A stretch of DNA of 64,000 nt from Patescibacteria group bacterium. Lineage in GTDB: Bacteria > Patescibacteriota > Microgenomatia > UBA10105 > UBA927. The stretch lies in assembly GCA_035510735.1 (NCBI GenBank), contig DATKGN010000008.1, forward strand, positions 12,466 to 76,465. The letters are read 5' to 3'. Every line of letters starts with the position of its first letter. Position 1 is the stretch's first letter. Positions 20,662 through 39,178 of the stretch are shown here, in pieces. Below the pieces are notes generated by a model. That model was not told the DNA's origin, did not search any database, and saw only the letters and a list, made by a program, of their open reading frames with translations. The position numbers and the translations under genes are program-made.

Positions 20662-21503
20662 TATATACGAATAACGTCGTATTTAACATATATATGAAAG
20701 CAAAGTCGCCTAACGTCATTTCACAGCCTCCGGAGGCAAAGCTAATTGTAATCAGTTTTCACAGTCGGTTATAGATAATATAATTTACTAATTATAAGAT
20801 TGATTAACTTCACTTCGGTTAAAGTAAACCCTATAATTCCACAAGCTGAGTCCATAAAGCTAAATACGCTCACGTTTTCTATGCCCCACTTCCCTATTTT
20901 GTAATACTATAAAAATAAGGCCGTTAGTACGGTCCAAAAAATATATAGCAATAAAAATACTAAACTGCTAATTAATTTGAATTAATTATGCTAGATTCAA
21001 TATGCCTAATTACCTTAATTAAATAATAGAAGAATATAAACTTATAGTGATGTTTTTGCAATATTATCACTGGAAAATAGATTTAGATCATCAAATCGAG
21101 ACATATTACTAATAGCGCTTTGCGCACTTAACTGCCAACTAAAATTATATCAATGGTTATTGATATATATTGCCCAATACTGTATGTTTACGAGTAAAAG
21201 AGCATATCTAACTATAAGCTATAAGAAAACATAATTACAGGATATAGCATACAAAAGGCTCGTACTGACGACATTTCACAACTATTAAAACCTCTTCTCT
21301 ATCTTTACTGTCCAAAGTCTAAAATAAGCAGTTTTTCCGTAATATTAATCAATATTTATTGCTGAATTATTTAATAAGGCCTTCATTACTTTCTATATTA
21401 CAATGCGGTAATTCGTGAAATATGTATGTTTCCGCTACTTATGCACAATTAACGCATGTTTTTTATGTAATCTAAGTACTACTTAACCACATCACGTTTC
21501 CTA
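20662..21503 (+). promoter_or_regulatory. ~840 bp strongly AT-rich non-coding leader upstream of giant gene
   Basis: No ORFs; AT content far above flanks; TTGACG ... TATATA-like elements just upstream of the ORF. Confidence 0.4.
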
Positions 21504-21521
21504 TTGACGGCCTTATTATAT

Positions 21522-30422
<8,901 letters not shown>

Positions 30423-30550
30423 AAGTTTCCGCGACCGCCAAACAATCCTGTTTAAGCCAAACCTGAATGCGATGACAAAGCCTTACCTAAATATTTTGTA
30501 AACTCATTACGGATCTTACGATATGCAATCCGAATAACAACCCGAAGTAA

Positions 30551-31069
30551 TTAATCAGCGCACAATGTATAGTCGGAAGTGGTCAAAGCCGGGTTTGCTG
30601 ATTTACAGGAATCTGCACATTTTGCCTGAGATGCCGTGATATCGGTGTCTGATGCATTATCCAACGTTGCCCAGAGGCAAAAATCATCGCGTGCAACACC
30701 CACCGGCTGATAATGCCATACATAAGAGGCTGCCTGAGGCAAAAGTTTCATATACACATTTGTTCCTGCCGCAAACTCACCGGAATTACAGCTTGCAATT
30801 GGTGGTGTTGCATTACCGCATCCATCCAAATCGTTAGTCGTTGCATCCGGCGGGTAGATATTAAAATCGTTATAATACAGTCTGAGTGCTGTTTTGAGCT
30901 CCTGTAGTTCGGATTTCTTTTTAACGTCTTTCGCCCGCTGCCTGGCTCCCAAATAATTTGTGACCGCAAATGCTATGAGTACGGCGATAATGGCAATCAC
31001 AACAAGAAGTTCAATAAGCGTAAAGCCGCGTTCAAATCTACTGGTTATCCTATTTCGAATATTTTTCAT
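30551..31069 (-). CDS. prepilin-type (type IV pilin / pseudopilin-like) protein
   Basis: N-terminal GFTLIELLVVIAIIAVL class III signal/methylation motif followed by ELQELK...YYND helix. Confidence 0.75.
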   Translation of the reverse strand: MKNIRNRITSRFERGFTLIELLVVIAIIAVLIAFAVTNYLGARQRAKDVKKKSELQELKTALRLYYNDFNIYPPDATTNDLDGCGNATPPIASCNSGEFAAGTNVYMKLLPQAASYVWHYQPVGVARDDFCLWATLDNASDTDITASQAKCADSCKSANPALTTSDYTLCAD

Positions 31070-31092
31070 TTATTGTGGTCCCACTTGTTACT

Positions 31093-31608
31093 TTACAGGG
31101 GTGTGTTACTGCTTGCAATACCATACATACACTCTGCCCCGCCGCCGCAATTGGTGTTCGCGTAGCCCGTGATTTTGACCCCTTTATCCGTATCCATTGT
31201 ATTTTCGATGGTCGAATAGATTTTATAATAGCTCCCATCCAGAGAATCATAATAATAGGCTTCGCCTGGCTGTGGATCCGTTGGCAGCGCGAGCATATAG
31301 ATAGTCTCAGGAGATGCCAAGAGATCACTCCATTTTTTCCCCCATGTACAGTCACTGATGCTTCCGGATCCTAAAATACACCCTTTAATCTGGCCTGCAT
31401 CACCGAGCGGATATTTTCCCTTATCGTTATAATATGTTTCCAACGCCTGGGCAACCTGTCCTAAATCGCTTTTACGCCGGCTGTCTCTGGATTTTTTCAC
31501 CGACGAAATGAAGCTTCCCACACCCGCAACGATCAGCATTCCAAGAAGAGCAATGACAATTAATAACTCTATTAACGTAAATCCGTTTCGTCGTGTATGT
31601 CTTTTCAT
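31093..31608 (-). CDS. prepilin-type (type IV pilin-like) protein
   Basis: GFTLIELLIVIALLGML motif; start set at MKRHTRRNGFTLIELL preceded by GGGAGG RBS. Confidence 0.75.
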   Translation of the reverse strand: MKRHTRRNGFTLIELLIVIALLGMLIVAGVGSFISSVKKSRDSRRKSDLGQVAQALETYYNDKGKYPLGDAGQIKGCILGSGSISDCTWGKKWSDLLASPETIYMLALPTDPQPGEAYYYDSLDGSYYKIYSTIENTMDTDKGVKITGYANTNCGGGAECMYGIASSNTPL

Positions 31609-31628
31609 TGTAACAAGTCCTCCCCGTG

Positions 31629-32309
31629 CTAATGCAGGCACCGGTTCGCCGGATTTCCACATTGATTCACACCATTATATATACATCCGAAGCCGTAACG
31701 GAATGGGCAACCTGCAGCATCGGGGTCTGCATAATTATTGCAATCTCCGGCTTTCGTACACTCCCATTGACCACCGGACGGAGGTGTAGGCGTCGGAACA
31801 TTGGTGGGCGTCGGCGTCGGCGTGCCTGTGGGGGCCCCCGGAATAAAATTCGGGGCAACGACATCTGACCCCATGGCAACGCAATAATTATATCCTACTC
31901 CCCACCCGCACCCCTGTACGGGATCACACCCGATCCGGGTAATATCCGGATCGCTCAAATCCTCCAATTTTGCACAAACATGATAGCCGTCGCAAGCCGT
32001 TGGCGTTCCCGCAACATATAGATAGGGTCCGTTATTGCCGGGATCGCAGGGTACCCTCGGAATATATGGGGCAAGACCGGGTCCTCCGCAGCTCGTGAGA
32101 GGAGATGAAGCGTAATAACAGGCTTTATCATTGTAATATTCTTCAAACGCCTTCTGAATCTTCTCAAGATCGGTTTTTCTCTGCGTATCACGGCCTTTGG
32201 CGAATTGATTCCGGAGATTCATAAGAAGGATAAGGAGCAAGAGGACAAGAAGAGCTATCACGATAAGAAGTTCCATGAGGGTAAATCCGCGATCATTTCG
32301 CTTGCTCAT
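31629..32309 (-). CDS. prepilin-type (type IV pilin-like) protein with Cys-rich, TPTPTP-linker C-terminal domain
   Basis: GFTLMELLIVIALLVLL motif; C-terminal region with 12+ Cys and TGTPTPTPTNVPTPTPP linker. Confidence 0.7.
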   Translation of the reverse strand: MSKRNDRGFTLMELLIVIALLVLLLLILLMNLRNQFAKGRDTQRKTDLEKIQKAFEEYYNDKACYYASSPLTSCGGPGLAPYIPRVPCDPGNNGPYLYVAGTPTACDGYHVCAKLEDLSDPDITRIGCDPVQGCGWGVGYNYCVAMGSDVVAPNFIPGAPTGTPTPTPTNVPTPTPPSGGQWECTKAGDCNNYADPDAAGCPFRYGFGCIYNGVNQCGNPANRCLH

Positions 32310-32376
32310 CGGGGTCAGGAATCTCATATATCAGGTATAATCAGTATGGCAAGACACCAAACAAAAAGCAACCAAT

Positions 32377-33093
32377 ATGGAATCAAAAACATACGGGGAA
32401 ATGTATCAATTAGAGCAAACGTACTTCTGGTTTGTGGGCAAACAGGCATTTATAAGGAACGTGCTCTCAACGTTGCCGCAAAAACATCGGGAGATCCTTG
32501 ATGTGGGCTGCGGAACAGGAGGAACAACAAAGTGTTTAATGGAATTCGGTCGGGTTACTGCGCTTGAAAAAAATCCGGATGCCGCACGATTTGCCCGGTC
32601 GCGGGGAATAAAGGTTGTAGAGGGCAACGCCAATCACCTGCCGTTTCCATCGGAATCGTTTGACCTCACGACATTTATTGACGTTCTGTACCACATAGGG
32701 ATATCAGAACCCAAAGCCCTGTCTGAAGCATTCAGGATCTTATCGCCCCACGGGTATCTTCTTATCACAGATTGTGCCGGCCCGGCATTATTTGGTCCGC
32801 ATGATATCACAATGGATGCAAAATACAGATATACAAAAAATCAACTCGAATCGATGGTCACTCAGGCTGGGTTTCAGATTGATGTGTCAAGATATATATA
32901 CACTTCAGTGTTCCCGCTATTTGCCTTCTCACGAATTCTGGCTAAAATATATCCCAGGCCGTCTACCATACCGCGTTTCCCAAAATTTCTTAATTCTATC
33001 TTTACGGGCATGCTCCGACTGGAAGGACTATTTTCCCCTAAAATTCCGGCACCATTCGGTTCTTCAATTCTCATACTCGCACACAAATCATAG
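32377..33093 (+). CDS. class I SAM-dependent methyltransferase
   Basis: ILDVGCGTGG motif I, Methyltransf_11-like layout. Confidence 0.7.
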   Translation: MESKTYGEMYQLEQTYFWFVGKQAFIRNVLSTLPQKHREILDVGCGTGGTTKCLMEFGRVTALEKNPDAARFARSRGIKVVEGNANHLPFPSESFDLTTFIDVLYHIGISEPKALSEAFRILSPHGYLLITDCAGPALFGPHDITMDAKYRYTKNQLESMVTQAGFQIDVSRYIYTSVFPLFAFSRILAKIYPRPSTIPRFPKFLNSIFTGMLRLEGLFSPKIPAPFGSSILILAHKS

Positions 33094-33246
33094 TGCAGTA
33101 CTATGATATGGTTAAAAGACGTAAACGGAATGATATATATCAATCTATTAATTAAATATAATTACAATATATTTATATAAATTACTATTCTAATCAATAA
33201 CACGCACGAAATTTTTCTTCCCTTTACCCATCAGTCATAATCTACT

Positions 33247-35235
33247 ATGATAAACACTGTGAAACACATCAACCCTTTATCGTCCGCTATTGCAAGATGG
33301 ATCATCGGTATATCATTAGCAGGACTTCCGCTTTTCTTTTTACCGGTAACTCAGGAGTTCTATGACACAAACAAATGGATGCTTCTGTCATGTCTCACGC
33401 TATTCATTATTATCTCCTGGCTATACCAAAGCCTCAGACGAAATACCGCGACATTCTCTCTTACGCCAATAACGACCGGACTTGGCGCCATCACAATCAC
33501 ATCGCTCTTCAGCCTTATTTTTGCCTCAACCAACAGAGTTGAGGCGCTGTTAAGCCCCTTCGGGCCTATCACATTTTTTAATCTGACCGTAATTTCGCTT
33601 TTGCTTCCCTCATTATTTGATCATAAACAGGTCACAAAGATCATATGGCCGCTGTTCGTAAGTACTACCATCCTTGCGCTTCTTTCCATCTACCAACTCT
33701 TCGGATTAGGCAAAGTCATGTTCCCGCAGGTTAGCTACCTTGCCGATCCCCTCTGGACGCCATCAGGCGCTTCAGTTGCGACAATCTCTCTTTTTGTACT
33801 GTTGTTACCCCTTCTTTTCCGGTTTATTAATGATGCCCATAAAGATAAACAGGAGACACCAATGTCACTTCTGGCGCTCATGTCTTTTATCTGCGTCGTG
33901 GGCGTTGGCGCCATAGTGTGGCAGCTCATACCGCGAATAAATGGTACGCTTCTTTCACTTCGTGACGGATGGGGCATTATGCTTGAAATCCTCAAAAACC
34001 CCAAACAAGCACTTGTGGGAGTCGGCGCAGAAAACTTTCTCGCAGCTTTCACCGCGGGGCGGTCTTCACTTATGAATTCTTCTCCGCTGTGGAGCCTCAG
34101 ATTTACCACAAATGCCAACATGCTCCTTCATATCGCAACAATTTACGGCCTTCTCGGGCTGGCAGCTATGATATTGTATATGAAAAACAGCATGACACAG
34201 GCCAAGAAAAGCGTATTCGGGGTTAGCATATTCGTGGGAATCGCTCTCTTTCTGTTGACTCCGCCGAATATAAGTGTTCTCGTTGTTATTGTGCTCCTCA
34301 CGATCCTTGCAGCGTTAGGAAAAAATCAAAAAACACTACACATCGCACACAAAAATATCTTTATCCGGGGCGCTATCTGTTTTGCAACCGTTATCCTGAT
34401 CGGCGCCGCTCTCATGGGAATTGTGCGATCATATAATGCCGAGCTTCTTTTCTATTCATCACTCCAATATGCCCAGGCGAATAATGGCAGCGCAACGTAT
34501 AATACTCAGATTCTCACGATCCGGACAAATCCGTATATAAGCCGGTATCACATTATATTTAGTCAAACAAATCTGGCGCTTGCGGCGTCACTGGCCAACT
34601 CTATTCGCGCCAATACAACGCCTCAAACAAAAGGATTAGCAGACACGACGACAAAGGACCGCCAGCTTGTTGCACAACTATTACAGCAGGCAATCAACGA
34701 AGCAAAGAAGGCAGTAGCGCTTGATCCCGTAAACATCTTATCATGGGAAAATCTCGCAAGAACCTATCAACAGCTCATCGGAGTCGCGCAGGGCGCAGAC
34801 AACTGGACGGTAGCGTCCTATAATCAGGCAATACAACTCGATCCCACCAATCCTGTTCTCTATGTCGACCTAGGAACTGTATTTATGTCAATCAATAATT
34901 ACACGACTGCGATAACGGAATTCCAACGTGCAATTGCACTTAAATCCGATTATGCAAATGCTTACTATAATCTGGCTAATGCCTACAAATCGAACAATGA
35001 TATTACCCAGGCAATAGCAACGATAAAACAAGTTCTTCCACTCATCGACAAGTCATCAGATGATTACAAAGTCATAAACCAAACGTTAAGTGATTATGGA
35101 AAAGAGGCTTCGGGGTCGTCGACAGTAAGCTCCGCGACATACAATACCCTGCCCTCAGCGACTATTCAGCCAAAGCCTATCACCCTGCCTACTGTAACGC
35201 TCCCCGCCAAGTCCACCAACCAAGTAACCAAGTAA
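33247..35235 (+). CDS. polytopic membrane protein with C-terminal TPR repeats (O-antigen ligase / O-oligosaccharyltransferase-like architecture)
   Basis: ~12 predicted TM segments in first ~420 aa; C-terminal TPR-like repeats (AWENLARTYQQL..., YNLANAYKSNND...). Confidence 0.45.
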   Translation: MINTVKHINPLSSAIARWIIGISLAGLPLFFLPVTQEFYDTNKWMLLSCLTLFIIISWLYQSLRRNTATFSLTPITTGLGAITITSLFSLIFASTNRVEALLSPFGPITFFNLTVISLLLPSLFDHKQVTKIIWPLFVSTTILALLSIYQLFGLGKVMFPQVSYLADPLWTPSGASVATISLFVLLLPLLFRFINDAHKDKQETPMSLLALMSFICVVGVGAIVWQLIPRINGTLLSLRDGWGIMLEILKNPKQALVGVGAENFLAAFTAGRSSLMNSSPLWSLRFTTNANMLLHIATIYGLLGLAAMILYMKNSMTQAKKSVFGVSIFVGIALFLLTPPNISVLVVIVLLTILAALGKNQKTLHIAHKNIFIRGAICFATVILIGAALMGIVRSYNAELLFYSSLQYAQANNGSATYNTQILTIRTNPYISRYHIIFSQTNLALAASLANSIRANTTPQTKGLADTTTKDRQLVAQLLQQAINEAKKAVALDPVNILSWENLARTYQQLIGVAQGADNWTVASYNQAIQLDPTNPVLYVDLGTVFMSINNYTTAITEFQRAIALKSDYANAYYNLANAYKSNNDITQAIATIKQVLPLIDKSSDDYKVINQTLSDYGKEASGSSTVSSATYNTLPSATIQPKPITLPTVTLPAKSTNQVTK

Positions 35236-35243
35236 CCGATAAT

Positions 35244-36935
35244 CTATTCTTTTTTCCGAAACACCCAGGCGAAAATCGCCCCCTGCCGCGTCACAGAATA
35301 GACCGGCACATAAGCCCCACCGAGTGTTGCTACAAACTCTTTTTCCGAAAAGTGAGAGGATTTATTCACGAGCACTATGCTATCGGCTTCACCGGAATTA
35401 TAGACATATTGATCGCCGGCTTTGAGATAATACCATGATAAATGTCCTGCAATCGGGACCCAAACGCGTGACGGCGGATAATTTGCATCCAGATACTGCA
35501 TTGCTTCGTGTACTGATAACGCCTCTATATCCCGATCATATTGTATATTGGGATTGACCGCAAAAGCGTTAAAATATCCCGATGAATACGGAACATAGTT
35601 GATATCAATAAATATGAGGTAACCAATAATCGTTAACAAAGTAACAAAGTAACAACATAACAACGTAACCCTGTAATCGGGTAACAAAGGGACAAAGAAT
35701 TTCTTGTGAAGAACATGTACAAAAACCTCAACGCCAAGTGCTGCAAGCAGCATGAGCGGCGGCAGAACTTCCATAAAATGCCGTATTCCGTCATAAAATG
35801 CGGCGCTTGGCATAATGGCGCGGGCCAAAGGAATAAGTATCCACAAAAACAGAAGAAGGGGCATCCGATTCCCAGGATTTTTCTGAAAAATTGCCGCTGC
35901 ACCCTGGAGGAGCCCTAACCCAATCGCAAAAAGGACGACAATCGGCGTTGCCAGAAAAAGATTTGCCCACGGATACCACCATAATGACCTCCCTACTCCC
36001 ACTTGATACAGTGTTCCGTTCCAAAAAATCTGATACCCTTGGCCCACGGTCGTAAAATACCGCACGACTTCGACAATGCGGTGTGTAGGATCAAACCAGA
36101 GATACGGCCACACGATAAACGCAACGGCAAATCCGATAACCATATAGATAATAATGGTTCCTGCGGCGGCAACGAACGGTTTAACGTGAACACTGTTCTT
36201 GGGATTATGCTTAACAAACTCAAGTAAACCGGTACACACGACCCAAATACCTGCAATAACCGGCACATATACCGCATTAAACTTGGTCGCAAGTGCCAAA
36301 CCCCATACAATGGCTCCAATAATCGTGCATGGGTTTGCCGTTTCGGGAGGACGTCTCTCCGACATTCCGGTCAACAAGCTTCGCAGTAATAAATACAGAC
36401 TTAGCGTAAAGAGTGCCACCTGGGCGGTATCTTTGAGGTCTGATAGCCCGTGCCCGAACATAGTGGGGTAAAGGAAAATAGCAAGTGCCGCAAACAGCCG
36501 GACCGCAATTGATAACCCCAAAAGTTCCCCGAATGCATAGACGGTAACGACAAGGATCGCAAAGAAAAAAACCGTGGCAATATGAAATGCGATAATGACA
36601 TTCGGCCCGGTCATCGGCATGCCGAATCTAGCGGCAATGACAGCAAACGCGGTGCCTATATAATTCGGAACCGGCGGATAACGTGCAAGGTCGTGCTCTT
36701 GTGTATAAATAATGTTACCGAATATTGATGCTCCCGCGTCCTTTTGTGTGAGAATCGAAGGCTTGAACCCTGATTGGAAAAAATTCCAATATTGGCCACC
36801 TGAAAATATATTATCCGGCTCATCCCACGCAGGACCGATTGAAGGCGCAAGCGTTATCCCGACAAAAATGACTAATAAGAATAAACATATGGGAATAAAT
36901 ATTTTCGTGAACGGGTGATGCACTTTACTATTCAT
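35244..36935 (-). CDS. GT-C family membrane glycosyltransferase (ArnT/PMT-like)
   Basis: Polytopic; first extracytoplasmic loop PAWDEPDNIF (DE motif) typical of GT-C enzymes using polyprenyl-phosphate sugars. Confidence 0.55.
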   Translation of the reverse strand: MNSKVHHPFTKIFIPICLFLLVIFVGITLAPSIGPAWDEPDNIFSGGQYWNFFQSGFKPSILTQKDAGASIFGNIIYTQEHDLARYPPVPNYIGTAFAVIAARFGMPMTGPNVIIAFHIATVFFFAILVVTVYAFGELLGLSIAVRLFAALAIFLYPTMFGHGLSDLKDTAQVALFTLSLYLLLRSLLTGMSERRPPETANPCTIIGAIVWGLALATKFNAVYVPVIAGIWVVCTGLLEFVKHNPKNSVHVKPFVAAAGTIIIYMVIGFAVAFIVWPYLWFDPTHRIVEVVRYFTTVGQGYQIFWNGTLYQVGVGRSLWWYPWANLFLATPIVVLFAIGLGLLQGAAAIFQKNPGNRMPLLLFLWILIPLARAIMPSAAFYDGIRHFMEVLPPLMLLAALGVEVFVHVLHKKFFVPLLPDYRVTLLCCYFVTLLTIIGYLIFIDINYVPYSSGYFNAFAVNPNIQYDRDIEALSVHEAMQYLDANYPPSRVWVPIAGHLSWYYLKAGDQYVYNSGEADSIVLVNKSSHFSEKEFVATLGGAYVPVYSVTRQGAIFAWVFRKKE

Positions 36936-36944
36936 GTCTTTCCA

Positions 36945-37940
36945 TCATACCACGGAGGTGCGCTGTTTGAGGCTGTAATACAATGATCCCGAGAGGATAA
37001 TGCAATAAAGAATAAGTCCCATGGCGAGCGCTTTTCCCATGAATACCATCCCCTTCTCCCGGTAGACAAACCGGAAAAATTTTTGGAGTAGGAACGTGTG
37101 AATTGCCAATAATATCAAAGCGAAAAGCAAAAATGATGACTTCACAAACGGAAGCGGGACGAAAAAAAATAGTACGATTCCCAAAACAAATGACCCGATT
37201 GCCCCAACACCGGTTGCTGCGGCCATACTTTCCCAAACGGTTGTTGCAACCGGATCAAATTTCCGCCGTTCACGGTAGAGCTTTGTCCAATAAAAACTCC
37301 GCCAGAAATATTTCTTGGCAACGGGCCAAAATCCTTCAAATTCGTGGTGAACACGCACGTCTGGGGCAAAGATGATCGCATAGCGCTTAGCAATGCGATA
37401 CGTAAGCTCGACATCCTCCATCTGCCTAAACGCTTCGTTAAATCCGCCCAGTCGCAGAAACACTTCGCGGCGGATGGCGGCAATACGGGTACTAAATAAG
37501 TAATAATACCCGTCACGATCGCGCTCATTGGTCCAGTAACTCCAGTCCCGGAGGGCCTTAAATTGGGGAAAAAAATCATCGGTTTTCTGATGTTTATCCC
37601 ACACGCCGGTGATGGCGGTTAAATCGTGATCTTCTTTAAATTTTCCTGCAATTTTTGCGAGAGTGTCAGGATAGACGGTCACATCACTATCAAGAAATAC
37701 AAGCACTTCGCCGTGTGCCCGTTTCGCCGCGGCATTTCGTGCCGCCGCCGGCCCTTTATTGCGCGTCAACCGGACAATCTTGACGCCACGCCCGACGAAA
37801 TATTGTTCGTTAGACGCATCATCACCGACGATCACTTCAAACTGTTTATATGTTGATTTTGTAAGCGAAGCCAAAAGCCTCGTAAGCGAAACGCTCGCAT
37901 TGTAAGCAGGGATAATGATGGATAAATACGGCCTTCTCAT
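36945..37940 (-). CDS. family 2 glycosyltransferase
   Basis: LSIIIPAYNAS ... VGDDASNE ... DSDV (DxD) GT-A motifs. Confidence 0.7.
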   Translation of the reverse strand: MRRPYLSIIIPAYNASVSLTRLLASLTKSTYKQFEVIVGDDASNEQYFVGRGVKIVRLTRNKGPAAARNAAAKRAHGEVLVFLDSDVTVYPDTLAKIAGKFKEDHDLTAITGVWDKHQKTDDFFPQFKALRDWSYWTNERDRDGYYYLFSTRIAAIRREVFLRLGGFNEAFRQMEDVELTYRIAKRYAIIFAPDVRVHHEFEGFWPVAKKYFWRSFYWTKLYRERRKFDPVATTVWESMAAATGVGAIGSFVLGIVLFFFVPLPFVKSSFLLFALILLAIHTFLLQKFFRFVYREKGMVFMGKALAMGLILYCIILSGSLYYSLKQRTSVV

Positions 37941-37974
37941 GGCGTATGTGTTTGTATACCGTTCAACTCATTTC

Positions 37975-38262
37975 GTCAAGAAGTAAGCGTGTATTCGCGC
38001 TTTGCTCACCCGCGCGATTTCCGGCGCTCTCGTCAACGCTTAGCTATTTCGTAATGCAAGTTGGACTAATTACGAAGGAGCCAACAACATTGAGTCCGGA
38101 TTCACTTTGCGAGTGAGGGTATCTTGATAGTATAAAAGCCATATTTCATGAGAGAAACTGAAGCCCGGATCTCAATGTTCGTTGGCGACAAAAGCGTAAT
38201 CAGATGTTGTAGTCCCGCGCGGGTGACGGTGCTGCAAATTGTGCGTATTCGCCGCGCGAATA
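37975..38262. repeat. ~290 bp nested imperfect inverted-repeat element (MITE-like or structured RNA) in intergenic gap
   Basis: Outer arms GTATTCGCGC...TCACCCGCGCG vs CGCGCGGGTGAC...GCGCGAATAC; inner arms ATTACG...CCAACAACATTGAGTCCGG vs CCGGATCTCAATGTTCGTTGG...CGTAAT. Confidence 0.5.
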
Positions 38263-38265
38263 CTA

Positions 38266-39168
38266 CTACTTTCTTGCAAATGCAATCATGTCGTCCCAAG
38301 GGTTTATTGGATTTTTGATGTCAAAGTGATCGAATAATTTGCCGAGCGGTTTTAATATCCAAGCAGCCCAGGGGAAATAATCTGCGCCTCTCGTGAAGGC
38401 AAAAGACAAAGGAAACGGGCGCGGACTATCTCTATGGATTTCAATGTCATGAAACCCGGCTTTTTCCAAAAGCATCCGTATAGAATTGAAATCCAGTAGG
38501 ACCACATGCTCCGGGTGGGCAAACCCAAACCAACGCTTCCCCATCACCTTTCTCCAAAATCCGCCGTAATTCGGTGTCGCTAAAATAGCCATTCCGTTAT
38601 CTTTGAGTAACGAATGTATTCTTATCATCATTTTTAGCGGGTCCCGCTCGTGTTCAACGATCTGAAATGCCGTAATTACATCATACGATTGCTTCCTTAG
38701 TTGTTTGACCGTATAGACGGTCCCGTAAAACGCGGTAAGGTTATGTTTCCGACAGTAATTGACTGCATCGCGGGATAAATCGATCCCCTCACTCCTCCAC
38801 CCCACTTTTTTCGCCTCCTCCAAAAGCACTCCGGTGAGACATCCGATATCAAGAAGAGAAAATGGATGATGGACGATAGAAGATAGACTCCCGGTTTTAT
38901 CCACCTTCCATTTTCTATCTTCCATCTTCTCCTTTATATCCTCTATTTTCTGTTTGAAATACGCGTGGTGAACGCTTAGTTGCTCGATATACGGCGCAAA
39001 ATGATCAAAATCCTCATGGTACAAACCCGCAATTTGCGAGGCTGTCAGCATCGGAACAACCTGAACTAACCCACAGGTCTGACACTTTCCCATCTTCAAA
39101 TTCCCGTGATGGGTAAATAATATGGTAAATTCCCTCCCCTGACACACGACACATTTTTTCGTTTTCAT
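38266..39168 (-). CDS. SAM-dependent methyltransferase with N-terminal Cys4 zinc-ribbon
   Basis: CVVCQG...CQTCG ribbon; LLDIGCLTGVLL motif I. Confidence 0.65.
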   Translation of the reverse strand: MKTKKCVVCQGREFTILFTHHGNLKMGKCQTCGLVQVVPMLTASQIAGLYHEDFDHFAPYIEQLSVHHAYFKQKIEDIKEKMEDRKWKVDKTGSLSSIVHHPFSLLDIGCLTGVLLEEAKKVGWRSEGIDLSRDAVNYCRKHNLTAFYGTVYTVKQLRKQSYDVITAFQIVEHERDPLKMMIRIHSLLKDNGMAILATPNYGGFWRKVMGKRWFGFAHPEHVVLLDFNSIRMLLEKAGFHDIEIHRDSPRPFPLSFAFTRGADYFPWAAWILKPLGKLFDHFDIKNPINPWDDMIAFARK

Positions 39169-39178
39169 TGTTAATTGG

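Noticed and set aside
21504-21521. TTG start of the giant ORF called by the ORF tool
   Set aside because: First ATG is at 21522 and the upstream TTGACG is more plausibly a promoter -35 element than a start codon; exact start remains uncertain.
38102-38299. 65-aa ORF in the 37940-38266 gap
   Set aside because: Falls within the nested inverted-repeat element; no RBS; more likely non-coding.
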